A stretch of DNA of 64,000 nt from a virus, in IMG/VR virus record IMGVR_UViG_3300028584_001238; one strand, given 5' to 3'. The notes beneath the pieces are model-generated. The model was not told the origin of the DNA. It searched no databases and worked only from the letters and a program-made list of their open reading frames with translations. A program made the translations under genes and the position numbers. Below, piece by piece: positions 28,404-38,391 of this stretch (positions within the stretch are counted from its first letter, which is position 1; each line of letters opens with the position of its first letter).

Positions 28404-28973
28404 ATGGGCAAAAAATTGATTTACGGTGTTGGTGTCAATGATGCTGACTATACAACAAGAACATCAGCATGGACTTGTCCATACTTTCGTAAATGGAAAG
28501 ATATGCTATGTCGGTGCTACAGTGATTATGAAATAGCTAGACATCCAGCCTACGCAAACTGTTATGTAATTGAAGATTGGAAATACTTTACACAATTTAA
28601 GATGTGGATGGAAACACAAGATTGGGATGGAAAGCAATTGGATAAAGATTTACTCTTTCCTAACAACAAAGAATATGGGCCTGAAACTTGCGTATTTGTG
28701 AGTAGTGTTGTTAATGTTTTTATTACTGAAAAAACTGGGCAAAACCTTCCTGTTGGTGTGTCTAAACATGGTAATCAATATCAATCAAGGTGTGGAACGC
28801 TTGGAAATGGTCAAAAGTATTTAGGAATCTATGATACAGCCGATCAAGCTCACAGTGTATGGCTTAGTTTCAAATTAGATCAAGCTAAGATCTTGGCTGC
28901 ACAACAAACTGATAATCGTGTAGCCAAAGCTTTAATTGATAGGTATGAGAGATACAAGGATTATTTTGGATGA
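28404..28973 (+). CDS. HNH-type homing endonuclease with AP2-like C-terminal domain
   Basis: GVGVND..W..ML.RC..Y..C...W..F..F..W, LDKDLL..Y.PETCVFV..VN, LP.GV..YLG.Y.T...AH. Confidence 0.75.
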   Translation: MGKKLIYGVGVNDADYTTRTSAWTCPYFRKWKDMLCRCYSDYEIARHPAYANCYVIEDWKYFTQFKMWMETQDWDGKQLDKDLLFPNNKEYGPETCVFVSSVVNVFITEKTGQNLPVGVSKHGNQYQSRCGTLGNGQKYLGIYDTADQAHSVWLSFKLDQAKILAAQQTDNRVAKALIDRYERYKDYFG

Positions 28974-28982
28974 AATAATCTA

Positions 28983-30512
28983 TTAACGACCATACTTCTT
29001 CAAGAATGCTTTATAGATTTCAATCTTATCCCGATATCCCTTTGGGTCATGTCCTATTTCATCAATTTTAGCCTGAACTACTTCAAAGACTGTCTTATTA
29101 CCAAAAGTGCAAGAACTACCCGCTAAAAGCTCTAAAATAGGTGTAATAATAAAGCCATAATCAAGTCTATCCAACAACTCTTTACTGGTTGATACACTGG
29201 CAGGGAATTCATTTATTGCTTTTTTGACAAACTCTTTAAAGACAGGGTACGCCCTATCATGAGTTAATGTAGCCTCAAGACAAGCTACTGAGAAAAGTTC
29301 AATGTTGACTATTTTAGCCATTCTGTCGAAATATGAAGTATGATGAACTAATGTCGTCACCAAATGACGATGTGCATTCTTGTTGGAATCTGTAAAGTTA
29401 TAAGCAGCATTTGCCATAAAGTAACGAGAACAGTCATTAGGCCACCAAGCATTTTCCCATACCTGATCAACAGCACCATTGCCAGTATTAGCCGTGTTGG
29501 GATAGAGTGTTAAAAGATACTTAAAACATTCCAGTTTATTCTCATGCATGGTTTTACCTAATAGCGATTGACCACCCACTTTGAAATTAAGTGGCATACC
29601 TGAATCAGTTAAAGCTTTCATTTTGATAACGTCATCTTTTTTAAGTGAAGACAAAAAACCTTTTTTGTATTCTGCAGTCTTGTCATTTAAATCAATAACA
29701 GGTTCAGTCGGTACCATGTGATATTGAGTAAACAAGTTTTTCAAAGCACAACCATCTGGATTATAAACAAAGCCTGATTTGCAGAGGTCTTCAAATACAT
29801 CAGTAACACTGATGGGTGTATCACAATCATTAATTTTAAAAGACATCTCTTCGACTTCATACAGTGGAAGTGTTAGAAACGAATCTATCAGAGGTGAAAT
29901 ATGGTCACAGAAAGATTTCACGGTGCTGGGCATAAAAAAGACAGCAATATCTCTCATTGGAGCCTGAAAATTCATCTCTGCAGCAATTTCTTCCAAATAT
30001 TCGGATTCATCTGGATTGGCATCTTCTAGAAAAGAGAAATAGATAAGGTTGGGAATCGCTTGAAAGCCTTTTGCACTCGAATCCGGTTCAACTGGATCTT
30101 CTTTGGGTTTTACGAAAGCATTCACTAATCGTTTAGCTGATTTTTGTTGAGTCTCATCAAATAGCGTAAATACTGTTTTTTTTGAGTGTTCTTTATCACT
30201 TTCATCAACAAATGATAGTATTGAAACATTCTTAGATTTTTCGGTATTTACAGTTGTTTGGCTGGACAATAATACTGGGTAATCCGGCTGGATTAAAACG
30301 GATAATTGACCATTTTTTTCGATCAAAGTAACCGATGTGCCATCAGAGTGCTTAAGTTCTCTACAAATCTCACCATTTTCGTCTTTAAATTTACGAATTC
30401 GTTTCCAATTGACGACTTTTTTGTCTTTGTATAGATCCAAAAGGAATGACTTACAATCTTCTGTGGTGATTTTTGACATAAAGGAACTCCCAATAGTATT
30501 TAACTTTAACAC
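28983..30512 (-). CDS. hypothetical protein, possible ankyrin-like segment
   Basis: 509 aa; GMPLNFKVGGQSLLGKTMHENKLECFKYLL resembles one ankyrin repeat. Confidence 0.55.
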   Translation of the reverse strand: MLKLNTIGSSFMSKITTEDCKSFLLDLYKDKKVVNWKRIRKFKDENGEICRELKHSDGTSVTLIEKNGQLSVLIQPDYPVLLSSQTTVNTEKSKNVSILSFVDESDKEHSKKTVFTLFDETQQKSAKRLVNAFVKPKEDPVEPDSSAKGFQAIPNLIYFSFLEDANPDESEYLEEIAAEMNFQAPMRDIAVFFMPSTVKSFCDHISPLIDSFLTLPLYEVEEMSFKINDCDTPISVTDVFEDLCKSGFVYNPDGCALKNLFTQYHMVPTEPVIDLNDKTAEYKKGFLSSLKKDDVIKMKALTDSGMPLNFKVGGQSLLGKTMHENKLECFKYLLTLYPNTANTGNGAVDQVWENAWWPNDCSRYFMANAAYNFTDSNKNAHRHLVTTLVHHTSYFDRMAKIVNIELFSVACLEATLTHDRAYPVFKEFVKKAINEFPASVSTSKELLDRLDYGFIITPILELLAGSSCTFGNKTVFEVVQAKIDEIGHDPKGYRDKIEIYKAFLKKYGR

Positions 30513-30615
30513 AAAATGTAAAAAAAATCAACCACAAAGGCATAATAGATCAATTTTCAATAAATTTAGTTAATAAAAAAGCCACCGAAGTGGCTTCAAA
30601 AAGTAAGCAATAAAA

Positions 30616-31179
30616 TCAAACAACAACCACAGGCTTTTTGTATTCTTCTTTTTTAGTTTTAATGTAATCTTGACCATAAGTGAAAACTAAGGTTTTTTTC
30701 TGTTTAAGTTCTTTAATCTTTTTAAGGTATTTAAACTTCAACAAATGAACAATTGAAGAAATAGCTACGAAAGCGAGAAAGACTCCAAAAAATGGGACTA
30801 ACTCGGGAATTCTACCGTTCACACTAAAGAGCAATCCAAAAACAACAAGAGAGAGAAGTAAAGCACAAGAAAACGAACACACCAGCCCCAAAAAACTGTT
30901 TTGTAGTGACAGGATTTCTTTTTCAATTGCTTTCACAGCTCTTGTGAAAGAATAAATATAATTGCGTTCGCCATTAGAAACAGAAAGCAAAGGTTCTTTA
31001 CCATCCAAATTTTCTAATTCAGCATAGCATTCACGATCTAGTTCCCCGAGCAACTGAATGTTATAACCAACAAACGAATGAATTTCTGGGGTAGGCTCTG
31101 GAATAACTTGTTCAATTGACTGTTCGGTAACTGCTTTCATGGTTATAAACCTCAATAAGATTCGTGGAGTGCTAAACAT
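30616..31179 (-). CDS. two-TM membrane protein, family C
   Basis: YIYSF..EI motif, two hydrophobic helices, ends KPVVVV. Confidence 0.7.
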   Translation of the reverse strand: MFSTPRILLRFITMKAVTEQSIEQVIPEPTPEIHSFVGYNIQLLGELDRECYAELENLDGKEPLLSVSNGERNYIYSFTRAVKAIEKEILSLQNSFLGLVCSFSCALLLSLVVFGLLFSVNGRIPELVPFFGVFLAFVAISSIVHLLKFKYLKKIKELKQKKTLVFTYGQDYIKTKKEEYKKPVVVV

Positions 31180-31201
31180 TTAAGCTATTTTAACACATCG
31201 G

Positions 31202-31714
31202 CTAGATAATTAGTACTGGTTTTTGAGCTTCTTCTTTGAGTTGTTGCAGATAATGCTGACTTTCTGAAATAACATAAGTCTTTTTATCTTCAAGAGAACA
31301 GATAAACTTTTTAAATCTAGTCACAGACAATTCATAAAGGCTCCACAAGAAAAAAATTAACGAAGCGGCGGCAACCAGTCGTAATTGTGGCTGACCACCT
31401 GTATGTACAGAATAAGCAATAAGACCAACCCAAACAAAAAATCCCATAATAGTATAGAAAATAAGGTTCATACGACGATCTTTAAGCTTAGTAATTTCAG
31501 TATTAATGGATTCAAAAATTTTAGAAAAAGAATAAATGAATCGGCCATCACCTTCACTAACCGCAAACAATGGTTCGCTCACATTTGCCAGTTTGCTAGA
31601 AAAGATAGAAAATTCATCCTTGTTCATGAATACAACTTTTGAATTAATGAAAGAATTTACATGAGCTGGTTTAACTGGAATGTCTTTTTCAGTAATCGTT
31701 TTTTTCATCAGCAA
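31202..31714 (-). CDS. two-TM membrane protein, family C
   Basis: FIYSF..EI; ends KPVLII. Confidence 0.7.
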   Translation of the reverse strand: MLMKKTITEKDIPVKPAHVNSFINSKVVFMNKDEFSIFSSKLANVSEPLFAVSEGDGRFIYSFSKIFESINTEITKLKDRRMNLIFYTIMGFFVWVGLIAYSVHTGGQPQLRLVAAASLIFFLWSLYELSVTRFKKFICSLEDKKTYVISESQHYLQQLKEEAQKPVLII

Positions 31715-31765
31715 ATCCTCAAACAGTAAGGTTATAACAACAAGGATTACGATCCTTATAGAACG

Positions 31766-32290
31766 TTAAATATTAATAACTGGTTTCTTAGCCGCTTCTT
31801 CAAGTTCAGCAAGATATTCTGGACTGCTATCAAATACCCTTTTTTTGATAGCTTTCAGTTCCTTAATGGCTTTGAATGGATGGCGATAAATCGTTTGTGC
31901 AGTGCAGTATACACCAACACCAAAGAGAAGCCCAAGCATAAAATTAAAGGTGTCGGTAGATTCAATAGTTTGACCAAAATAATTCATCACCTTAACAAAG
32001 ACAGCAATCAAAATAGGGATGACAAAAATCATCAGTTGTTTGTCAAAAAAGGCTTTCCGTGACTTAATCTCAGCATTAATCTGTGAAACAATGCGATTGA
32101 AAGAGTAAATGTAATTGTGATCACCTTCTGTGACCCAAAAAAAAGGCATTGTAGAAGATTGCATGTCAACAGATTCATATTGCTGACGTTCGTCTGCAGT
32201 TAAAGGCTTAATAACTGTATCGACAAAAGTAGAAACCTGTTTTTGACGTTTTGGAATTTTTTGTTCAACCTGAGAAGCGGTAAGTTCCAT
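31766..32290 (-). CDS. two-TM membrane protein, family C
   Basis: YIYSF..EI; ends KPVINI. Confidence 0.7.
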   Translation of the reverse strand: MELTASQVEQKIPKRQKQVSTFVDTVIKPLTADERQQYESVDMQSSTMPFFWVTEGDHNYIYSFNRIVSQINAEIKSRKAFFDKQLMIFVIPILIAVFVKVMNYFGQTIESTDTFNFMLGLLFGVGVYCTAQTIYRHPFKAIKELKAIKKRVFDSSPEYLAELEEAAKKPVINI

Positions 32291-32348
32291 AAAGAAAACC
32301 TCAATAAAATAATAATGGGAAAAAGAACAAGGCCAGAAAGCCTTGTAT

Positions 32349-32543
32349 TTAGAAGGACTCTTTCAACATGCGTTTCATTTCAGCGGCTTTGACAGAACGC
32401 TTGTCATTACGCATATTGCGAGCAGTCGAGTTACGGTTGCGAGTGCGTTTAACACGACCTGCTTTGTGCTTACCAGCGACATAAGTAAAGCCATCATCGT
32501 CGCTTTCGCGTTGACCATGCAGGATACGTTGTTCTGGAGTCAT
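32349..32543 (-). CDS. small Arg/Lys-rich hypothetical protein
   Basis: Start MTPEQ at 32543 with AAGGAAG RBS. Confidence 0.6.
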   Translation of the reverse strand: MTPEQRILHGQRESDDDGFTYVAGKHKAGRVKRTRNRNSTARNMRNDKRSVKAAEMKRMLKESF

Positions 32544-32556
32544 AATATATTCCTTC

Positions 32557-32871
32557 TTAGCGTTTGTTTTTTTCAGCTTTCTCAGCTTTCCGAGCATTAG
32601 CTTCAAGTTGAGAAAAGTAGTTATTCATGCTGTCCAAGCTGGTGCCATCACTCAAAAGATCTTTTTCACCATCAAGTTCGGAAATGTGCTTCCAACGAAG
32701 AACAGTTACCGAATCAGCCACAAAGTTGAAAACATTCAAACTTTGAAAGTTAACAGTTTCGATTTCTTGGTTGCTATTAAATTGAAGACGCACTTCAAGA
32801 TACACGTCTGGTTGTGGAGTAGGTGTGTCAAAGAGTGCCGATGTTAGATCAAAAACATGGAAACCGTTCAT
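32557..32871 (-). CDS. hypothetical protein
   Basis: Start MNGFHV at 32871. Confidence 0.6.
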   Translation of the reverse strand: MNGFHVFDLTSALFDTPTPQPDVYLEVRLQFNSNQEIETVNFQSLNVFNFVADSVTVLRWKHISELDGEKDLLSDGTSLDSMNNYFSQLEANARKAEKAEKNKR

Positions 32872-32958
32872 AGTAAACTCTCTTTTCTGTTTGATTGAGT
32901 GTATTATAGCAAAAAAACCATAAACAGACAATAGCATTCATCACTTTTTTAGAAAAAA

Positions 32959-33507
32959 TTAAGAGATTTTGGTATCACGGCAAACAAAAACCTCTAAATT
33001 GTCAGTCATACGGCCATAACCACCATAAGCATTGACCCTTTGAACCTTTAATTCTTTGCCTTCATAGCACTTCCAAGGGGTTCTTGTTTCATGATTTTCA
33101 AAGAAGTAATCCGATTGAACAACAGAGCTTTCAACCGCAAACGCTTTCTGAACCATCTTGTTAAGATTAGAGACATCAACTTTAAACCAATCCCCATGAA
33201 CATCAAGAATCATCGAAGCGTCATCCGGCTTGATATGCGTCCAGATGACACCACCAATCGCATGAAATTCTTTACGAACACCAGCATTAAACTCAGTTTT
33301 TTTAGTCGAACTGATAAGGAATAAATCAATGAATGGAAATAAGAAAGCATAAAATCCATAACGTTCTGGTGCCGCATGGAATGTATCTCTACCATAGTTG
33401 CCTTTCTGGCGAACCATCGTTAAACCACCCCAGCGAACAAGGGATACACCATTGCTTGCTAGTGGTTTATTCATCTGTCTTTTTATTTTCTCAATATTTT
33501 TATTCAT
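32959..33507 (-). CDS. hypothetical protein
   Basis: Likely start MNKNIE at 33507, coupled to upstream stop. Confidence 0.65.
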   Translation of the reverse strand: MNKNIEKIKRQMNKPLASNGVSLVRWGGLTMVRQKGNYGRDTFHAAPERYGFYAFLFPFIDLFLISSTKKTEFNAGVRKEFHAIGGVIWTHIKPDDASMILDVHGDWFKVDVSNLNKMVQKAFAVESSVVQSDYFFENHETRTPWKCYEGKELKVQRVNAYGGYGRMTDNLEVFVCRDTKIS

Positions 33508-33949
33508 TTTTTGCCATGTAATGTTCTTTAATAATATCAACAATGTCTTTAAACACAAATGTAATTCGACTGACTTCTGTGGAAACACTGAAAGATACCA
33601 TATTGTCAGTGCTGTAACGCATTAAGTCATCTTTGGCTTTATTCATGGAATCAATTTTAATCTGAAACAACTGTTCCATGTTTTTAATGTCTTCTGGTGT
33701 AAACGGCTCAATATCAATATCATCCAGAAACTGAGCTTCAAAATGGTCAAAGAATTTTTCATAGACGGCATTAAACTTTGAACACTCTGCATTGTTGGCC
33801 GCAATCATCCGATTCATTTCAACCCGATTAGATCCCGCATAAAAACAAATATTTGCTGTTCGTTCTTTTGCAATATTTTCAGCAATCACAAGAGCTTCAT
33901 TGAAACTCTTAAGATGTTGTGCTTTAAGTTTTTGTGTGGTGATATCCAT
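33500..33949 (-). CDS. hypothetical protein
   Basis: 149-aa ORF. Confidence 0.65.
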   Translation of the reverse strand: MDITTQKLKAQHLKSFNEALVIAENIAKERTANICFYAGSNRVEMNRMIAANNAECSKFNAVYEKFFDHFEAQFLDDIDIEPFTPEDIKNMEQLFQIKIDSMNKAKDDLMRYSTDNMVSFSVSTEVSRITFVFKDIVDIIKEHYMAKNE

Positions 33950-33950
33950 T

Positions 33951-34439
33951 TTACAGATCCTTCAAATAATTTTGCATCAAATTATGATTAAGAGCAATTT
34001 CTTTAAGAATGCGAGAAATAACGGGATCAAATTCTTCTTTACGGTTGTCATAAAAGCTAATTGCGTCTTCTAGTTTTTCCAAATGCAACACTGTCTTACT
34101 GTTGTAGCCGATGACAGGAGAAAGAATAGCAGTATCTACATTGAAACACACAGTCTCAAAAATGAAATCAATGCGTTTAGCAACTTCTTGATGATAATGT
34201 TCTTTACCAAGTGCCATCAATTCAAGCTTAATCGCTTTACAAAAAGCAATATGCTCACGATATTCTTCTGGATAGAAGTGTCGAGCAGACGCCACGTTTT
34301 TAAGGCTGTAGGAAGCACCCGCAAAATTCTTACGGGCCACCATATCCAAGACAATGCCTAAGCTTTCAATGTCACTGGGAGCAAGATCAGGAATATTTTG
34401 AAAGGCATTAATAACGACTTCAAGACGTACAGTATTCAT
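33951..34439 (-). CDS. hypothetical protein
   Basis: Likely start MNTVRL at 34439. Confidence 0.6.
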   Translation of the reverse strand: MNTVRLEVVINAFQNIPDLAPSDIESLGIVLDMVARKNFAGASYSLKNVASARHFYPEEYREHIAFCKAIKLELMALGKEHYHQEVAKRIDFIFETVCFNVDTAILSPVIGYNSKTVLHLEKLEDAISFYDNRKEEFDPVISRILKEIALNHNLMQNYLKDL

Positions 34440-34555
34440 GGGTAAAGCCTCATGTGATTTAATGAATTGATTATAACAGAAACGCAAAAAATCGGCAAGG
34501 TGATTTGAGGAATATTTTAAATATGCTATAATGATAAAAAACAAGAGATTGAAAA

Positions 34556-34903
34556 ATGAAAGAGACTGACGTTAAAAAGAAGGCTTCATTTGTCGAAACA
34601 AGAGCCGATGGCAAAAACATCCAGAAAGAATGCTTGGTTGACCTTCAAACAGGTGCTATCGAGGTAGGTAAAGTAAAAATTGACGGCTTGAAATACGATG
34701 AAAAAAGTCCAGTAGTTGCTGCAAGAGTTGAGTTCAGAGGACAAGAATATAAAGTTGACGCTGAAAAAGTAGCGAATAAAATTAATTACAAACTTGACGG
34801 TAAAGAAATTGGTGTATTCATCACTGAGTCTTACAAGCCTAAAACTATCACTGAAAGCAAGCTTGAAGATGTAAACCCAAGATGGAAACCAGCAAAACCT
34901 TAA
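34556..34903 (+). CDS. hypothetical protein
   Basis: 115-aa ORF followed by a terminator. Confidence 0.65.
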   Translation: MKETDVKKKASFVETRADGKNIQKECLVDLQTGAIEVGKVKIDGLKYDEKSPVVAARVEFRGQEYKVDAEKVANKINYKLDGKEIGVFITESYKPKTITESKLEDVNPRWKPAKP

Positions 34904-35002
34904 AAGTCGCCTAATGGCGATTTTTTGTTTATTATTCACTGGCTTTACGACCAGTTTTTTGTTATAATTGTTTAAATTGAACAAATTAAAGGAACACAAT
35001 TC

Positions 35003-35449
35003 ATGGCTACTAACTATGTTCGACTGAAAAAATGCGATATTGAAAAAACGCTTAAAGCTATCCGAGAACACAATGATGGTTCTACTGGGATTGATTACAA
35101 AGAGCGTGATAAACGTATTTCTTTTGATGGCGAACAAATTAAACTGTCATCACTTCGTCTTCGCACATTTGCAACACATGGTATCGAATGTGTTGATTGT
35201 GGTGTTAAGGCGGTATTCTTTGCAATGGAACGACATCATATGGATGTAAAGTATCATATTAACTTGTGGGCTGTTCGTGATAATGGTCAACAAGTGCTAA
35301 TGACTCATGATCATATTTTAGCTCGTTCTCTGGGTGGGGCTGACAATATCGCCAATACACAGACGATGTGCATGGATTGCAACTTCGAAAAAGGTAAGAT
35401 TGAACATAAACTGAAAGAAATTCGCAAGGCTCAAAAACTCGCTAGTTAA
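35003..35449 (+). CDS. HNH endonuclease
   Basis: CVDC, THDHILARSLGGADNIANTQTMCMDCNFEKG. Confidence 0.85.
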   Translation: MATNYVRLKKCDIEKTLKAIREHNDGSTGIDYKERDKRISFDGEQIKLSSLRLRTFATHGIECVDCGVKAVFFAMERHHMDVKYHINLWAVRDNGQQVLMTHDHILARSLGGADNIANTQTMCMDCNFEKGKIEHKLKEIRKAQKLAS

Positions 35450-35558
35450 AGACTTTTATAGTGTTATCTTATTGAAAAAGTTCATTAAAACTCCCTATAG
35501 TGGTTGACTTAAATCTTTATTTGTAATATAAGATTGTTAACGACTAAAAGGAGTTTTA

Positions 35559-35816
35559 ATGAATAAGTTAATGTATGGAGTTTTGATTGCAGGCAGTATT
35601 TTGTTGACAGGATGTGCTAATGCAATTAACGACAGCAGTTTCAGTGATACCAAGCTTGAAAAAACAGGATATGGTTTCAGCTACAAGAAATTCCAGATAG
35701 AAAATTGTGAATACATCGGAACACAAGACGACGAAAAAGTTTGGCATTTAGCTGGCCCACATCGTTGCTTCGATGGTAAAACATTGCCAGTACCAGTCTA
35801 TATTCCAAAAAAATAA
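35559..35816 (+). CDS. small lipoprotein
   Basis: Lipobox LLTGC. Confidence 0.7.
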   Translation: MNKLMYGVLIAGSILLTGCANAINDSSFSDTKLEKTGYGFSYKKFQIENCEYIGTQDDEKVWHLAGPHRCFDGKTLPVPVYIPKK

Positions 35817-35875
35817 GCGGAATCTTCAATTAAATAGAGGATTAAGAAATCCTCTATTATTCGTCTCATAATATA

Positions 35876-36556
35876 TTATTTACAAACTGCATATAATGGC
35901 TTGCCATTGGTAGTGCCTTCAACAGTTGTGCCTTTTTTGTAAGTCTTTCCACCATAATAAATACTAGTAAGACCTGCCCCATATGCAATTGGAAGAGTTA
36001 CACCATTTACAGTTGCCAAATGAGAATTATTAATACCTGCTAGCCAGTAAGTTCGTGGATAACTGTATAAACAACTTGCTGTCCCCAACGAAGTTTTCAC
36101 ATAATTGGCAACACTATTTGTCTTAGTTTCTGTTATTGGAGCATCTACGTTTCGATAAACAAGTGTAGTTGTTTCCTGTTCTCTTTTTTGTACAGTTCTA
36201 ATTTGATCTTGTTTGCAACCAGAAAAACTTTGTGTAAACTCATCATCTTTCAATACTGTTGTTTCATTTGGTGTGCCAACGCATCCGTGAACAGCACCAT
36301 TGTTTACCCATGCACTAATAATTGATTCTACTGGTTGCCAATTCTCAATTGGTGCTGGTGGTGTTGGCGTTACAAAATTTATTGATCCACTAGGCAGGCT
36401 ACCACCTTGCCCTTGTTCAAATGGAATTTTTATTATATAGTCAGCGTATGCTGTATTGAGGGCTAATAAAGTGAGTGAAGTTAATATTATTTTTTTCATG
36501 ATGGTTTTAATTATTATTATTTGATATAATTTACCATGTAGTTTCAAATAATACAA
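35876..36556 (-). CDS. secreted protein, family D
   Basis: Signal peptide then ADY.I.IP.EQ..GG.LP.GSI.F. Confidence 0.65.
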   Translation of the reverse strand: MYYLKLHGKLYQIIIIKTIMKKIILTSLTLLALNTAYADYIIKIPFEQGQGGSLPSGSINFVTPTPPAPIENWQPVESIISAWVNNGAVHGCVGTPNETTVLKDDEFTQSFSGCKQDQIRTVQKREQETTTLVYRNVDAPITETKTNSVANYVKTSLGTASCLYSYPRTYWLAGINNSHLATVNGVTLPIAYGAGLTSIYYGGKTYKKGTTVEGTTNGKPLYAVCK

Positions 36557-36684
36557 TATTATAAAAAAAAAATGGTGAATGTTAAGTTCTTTTTTATTAA
36601 AAAATAGTATTATATAAATAGAAATATATTGACATTATAATGATTATATGGTCTTATTTTAAAGAGCACATATAGGAATTTAAG

Positions 36685-37587
36685 ATGGCAAAGAAGGACG
36701 TGTTAATATGGGTACCAGTAATAATTGTAGCTGCAGTTTTATATTACAGCATAAGCAAAGAGAAAGAAGTTGAAATTGAAGGCATCAATCATGCAAAACC
36801 AGTTGAAACCGTTGAAACAGTAAAGAAAGATTCTTTTGTGGGGATTGAAGATGAAGTACTCAGTACCGCTATAGACAAAATTGACCCTGAGTTATATAGA
36901 CAAAAGGAACAGAAACTATTACAAGGTAGACGTTATACCATTGATGACAGTTTCACACCACCACTCAGAAGAGTGATTATATCCGACATGGAAAAAACAA
37001 AAACCAGCATGGCGTTAAAATCATTATTACCTAATGAAAACTATGAAATGGTCGAAAATAAGCCATCATACGCTGTACCAATGATATCAATTGAATTGAA
37101 AACCAACCCACATTTGATAGAAAGTGGAAACCATAAAAGATATTCAGTTGAATATACAGGTGTGAATAAAAATAAAGATATCACAATGTTGACAAACACA
37201 ACAGAATTAGCAAGCTCAGTAGGTAATTTGAACATTTCAATTGATTTTGATTACAGTGATGATGTGTATAAATCACAAAGAGACATCTATAAAGGCAATG
37301 GTTCAACAAGAAGTCAAGAAAACGATGTTTATCCAGAAAACTATATTATTGAAAGCTTAACACAAACCTTGAAATTTAGGATGGATGGCGTACATTCTAC
37401 GACCTTGCTTAATGTGCCTAATGTAGTCATGATAAGAACAACCAAATCACCAAAAGATTATGAGTGTGTAATGGAAAAAAGATACTTCTCAAACATTGGC
37501 AGTAGTTTCAATGCTGATTACAATTGTGATGGGTTGCCTAACATCAATGATTATGAAGGTCAATTAGATTTAATCTTCAAAAAATAA
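36685..37587 (+). CDS. membrane-anchored hypothetical protein
   Basis: N-terminal TM helix, 300 aa. Confidence 0.65.
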   Translation: MAKKDVLIWVPVIIVAAVLYYSISKEKEVEIEGINHAKPVETVETVKKDSFVGIEDEVLSTAIDKIDPELYRQKEQKLLQGRRYTIDDSFTPPLRRVIISDMEKTKTSMALKSLLPNENYEMVENKPSYAVPMISIELKTNPHLIESGNHKRYSVEYTGVNKNKDITMLTNTTELASSVGNLNISIDFDYSDDVYKSQRDIYKGNGSTRSQENDVYPENYIIESLTQTLKFRMDGVHSTTLLNVPNVVMIRTTKSPKDYECVMEKRYFSNIGSSFNADYNCDGLPNINDYEGQLDLIFKK

Positions 37588-37621
37588 AGCCTCCGAAGAG
37601 GCTTTTTTTTCGAGTTCTATT

Positions 37622-37954
37622 TTATTTGAGAACCATATGGGTGCAAACAGCATCCCAAAAGTTTTCAAACTTACTATTAAACAGCTCTCGAATGTTTTCT
37701 GGCAGAGAGTGAACAAACACCGCATACGCCTTGGATTTTTGCATGATGTCAACTTCGGTCACAACAATGGAAACATCGCCATTAACCAGCACATCACAGT
37801 TGTTTCGGAACATATTCCACAAATTCATAGACTCTTCACGAACTTTCATTTTTGAATAAATGCTTTCGTTTGGAATGGTTTCAATAGCATCAAGCCATTC
37901 TGCTGCCAGAGTAGAGATTTCTTTGTTATCAATTTTAATAGTAGCGTTAGTCAT
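37622..37954 (-). CDS. hypothetical protein
   Basis: 110-aa ORF with GGAG RBS. Confidence 0.65.
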   Translation of the reverse strand: MTNATIKIDNKEISTLAAEWLDAIETIPNESIYSKMKVREESMNLWNMFRNNCDVLVNGDVSIVVTEVDIMQKSKAYAVFVHSLPENIRELFNSKFENFWDAVCTHMVLK

Positions 37955-38047
37955 TTAATAAACTCCAAGATGTTGCAGGCTGTTAAGTGTTAAACAGATT
38001 TATCTGTCTAATTGAGGTATTTAGTATATCAATAAAAAATAAAAAGG

Positions 38048-38326
38048 TCAATTTTTTTGATCATTTTCATCTTTTTGATGCTGTTCTTTTAATTTTTTTT
38101 CGGCTTCTTTATCACGAATAATCTGAAATAGAGGCCATACACAAACGGTCAGAATAATAAAACCAAGGATGGTGACGGACAGCGGGAGCCAGTCGTTATT
38201 CACATTGATCTGGGCAACGGAATAGGCCAGTAAATAGCCAAATTTAAGGATAACAATGGGAATGAGAACATAAAGAATGCGGATGGGATGGGTATTCCAG
38301 TCAAACAAGTATTTCAAAGGTTTCAT
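38048..38326 (-). CDS. small two-TM membrane protein
   Basis: Two hydrophobic helices, charged tail. Confidence 0.6.
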   Translation of the reverse strand: MKPLKYLFDWNTHPIRILYVLIPIVILKFGYLLAYSVAQINVNNDWLPLSVTILGFIILTVCVWPLFQIIRDKEAEKKLKEQHQKDENDQKN

Positions 38327-38391
38327 GTTAAAAGTCCGTTATTGAGAATATAGCGATTATATCACAAACAACGGACAGTGAGAAGCATTAT

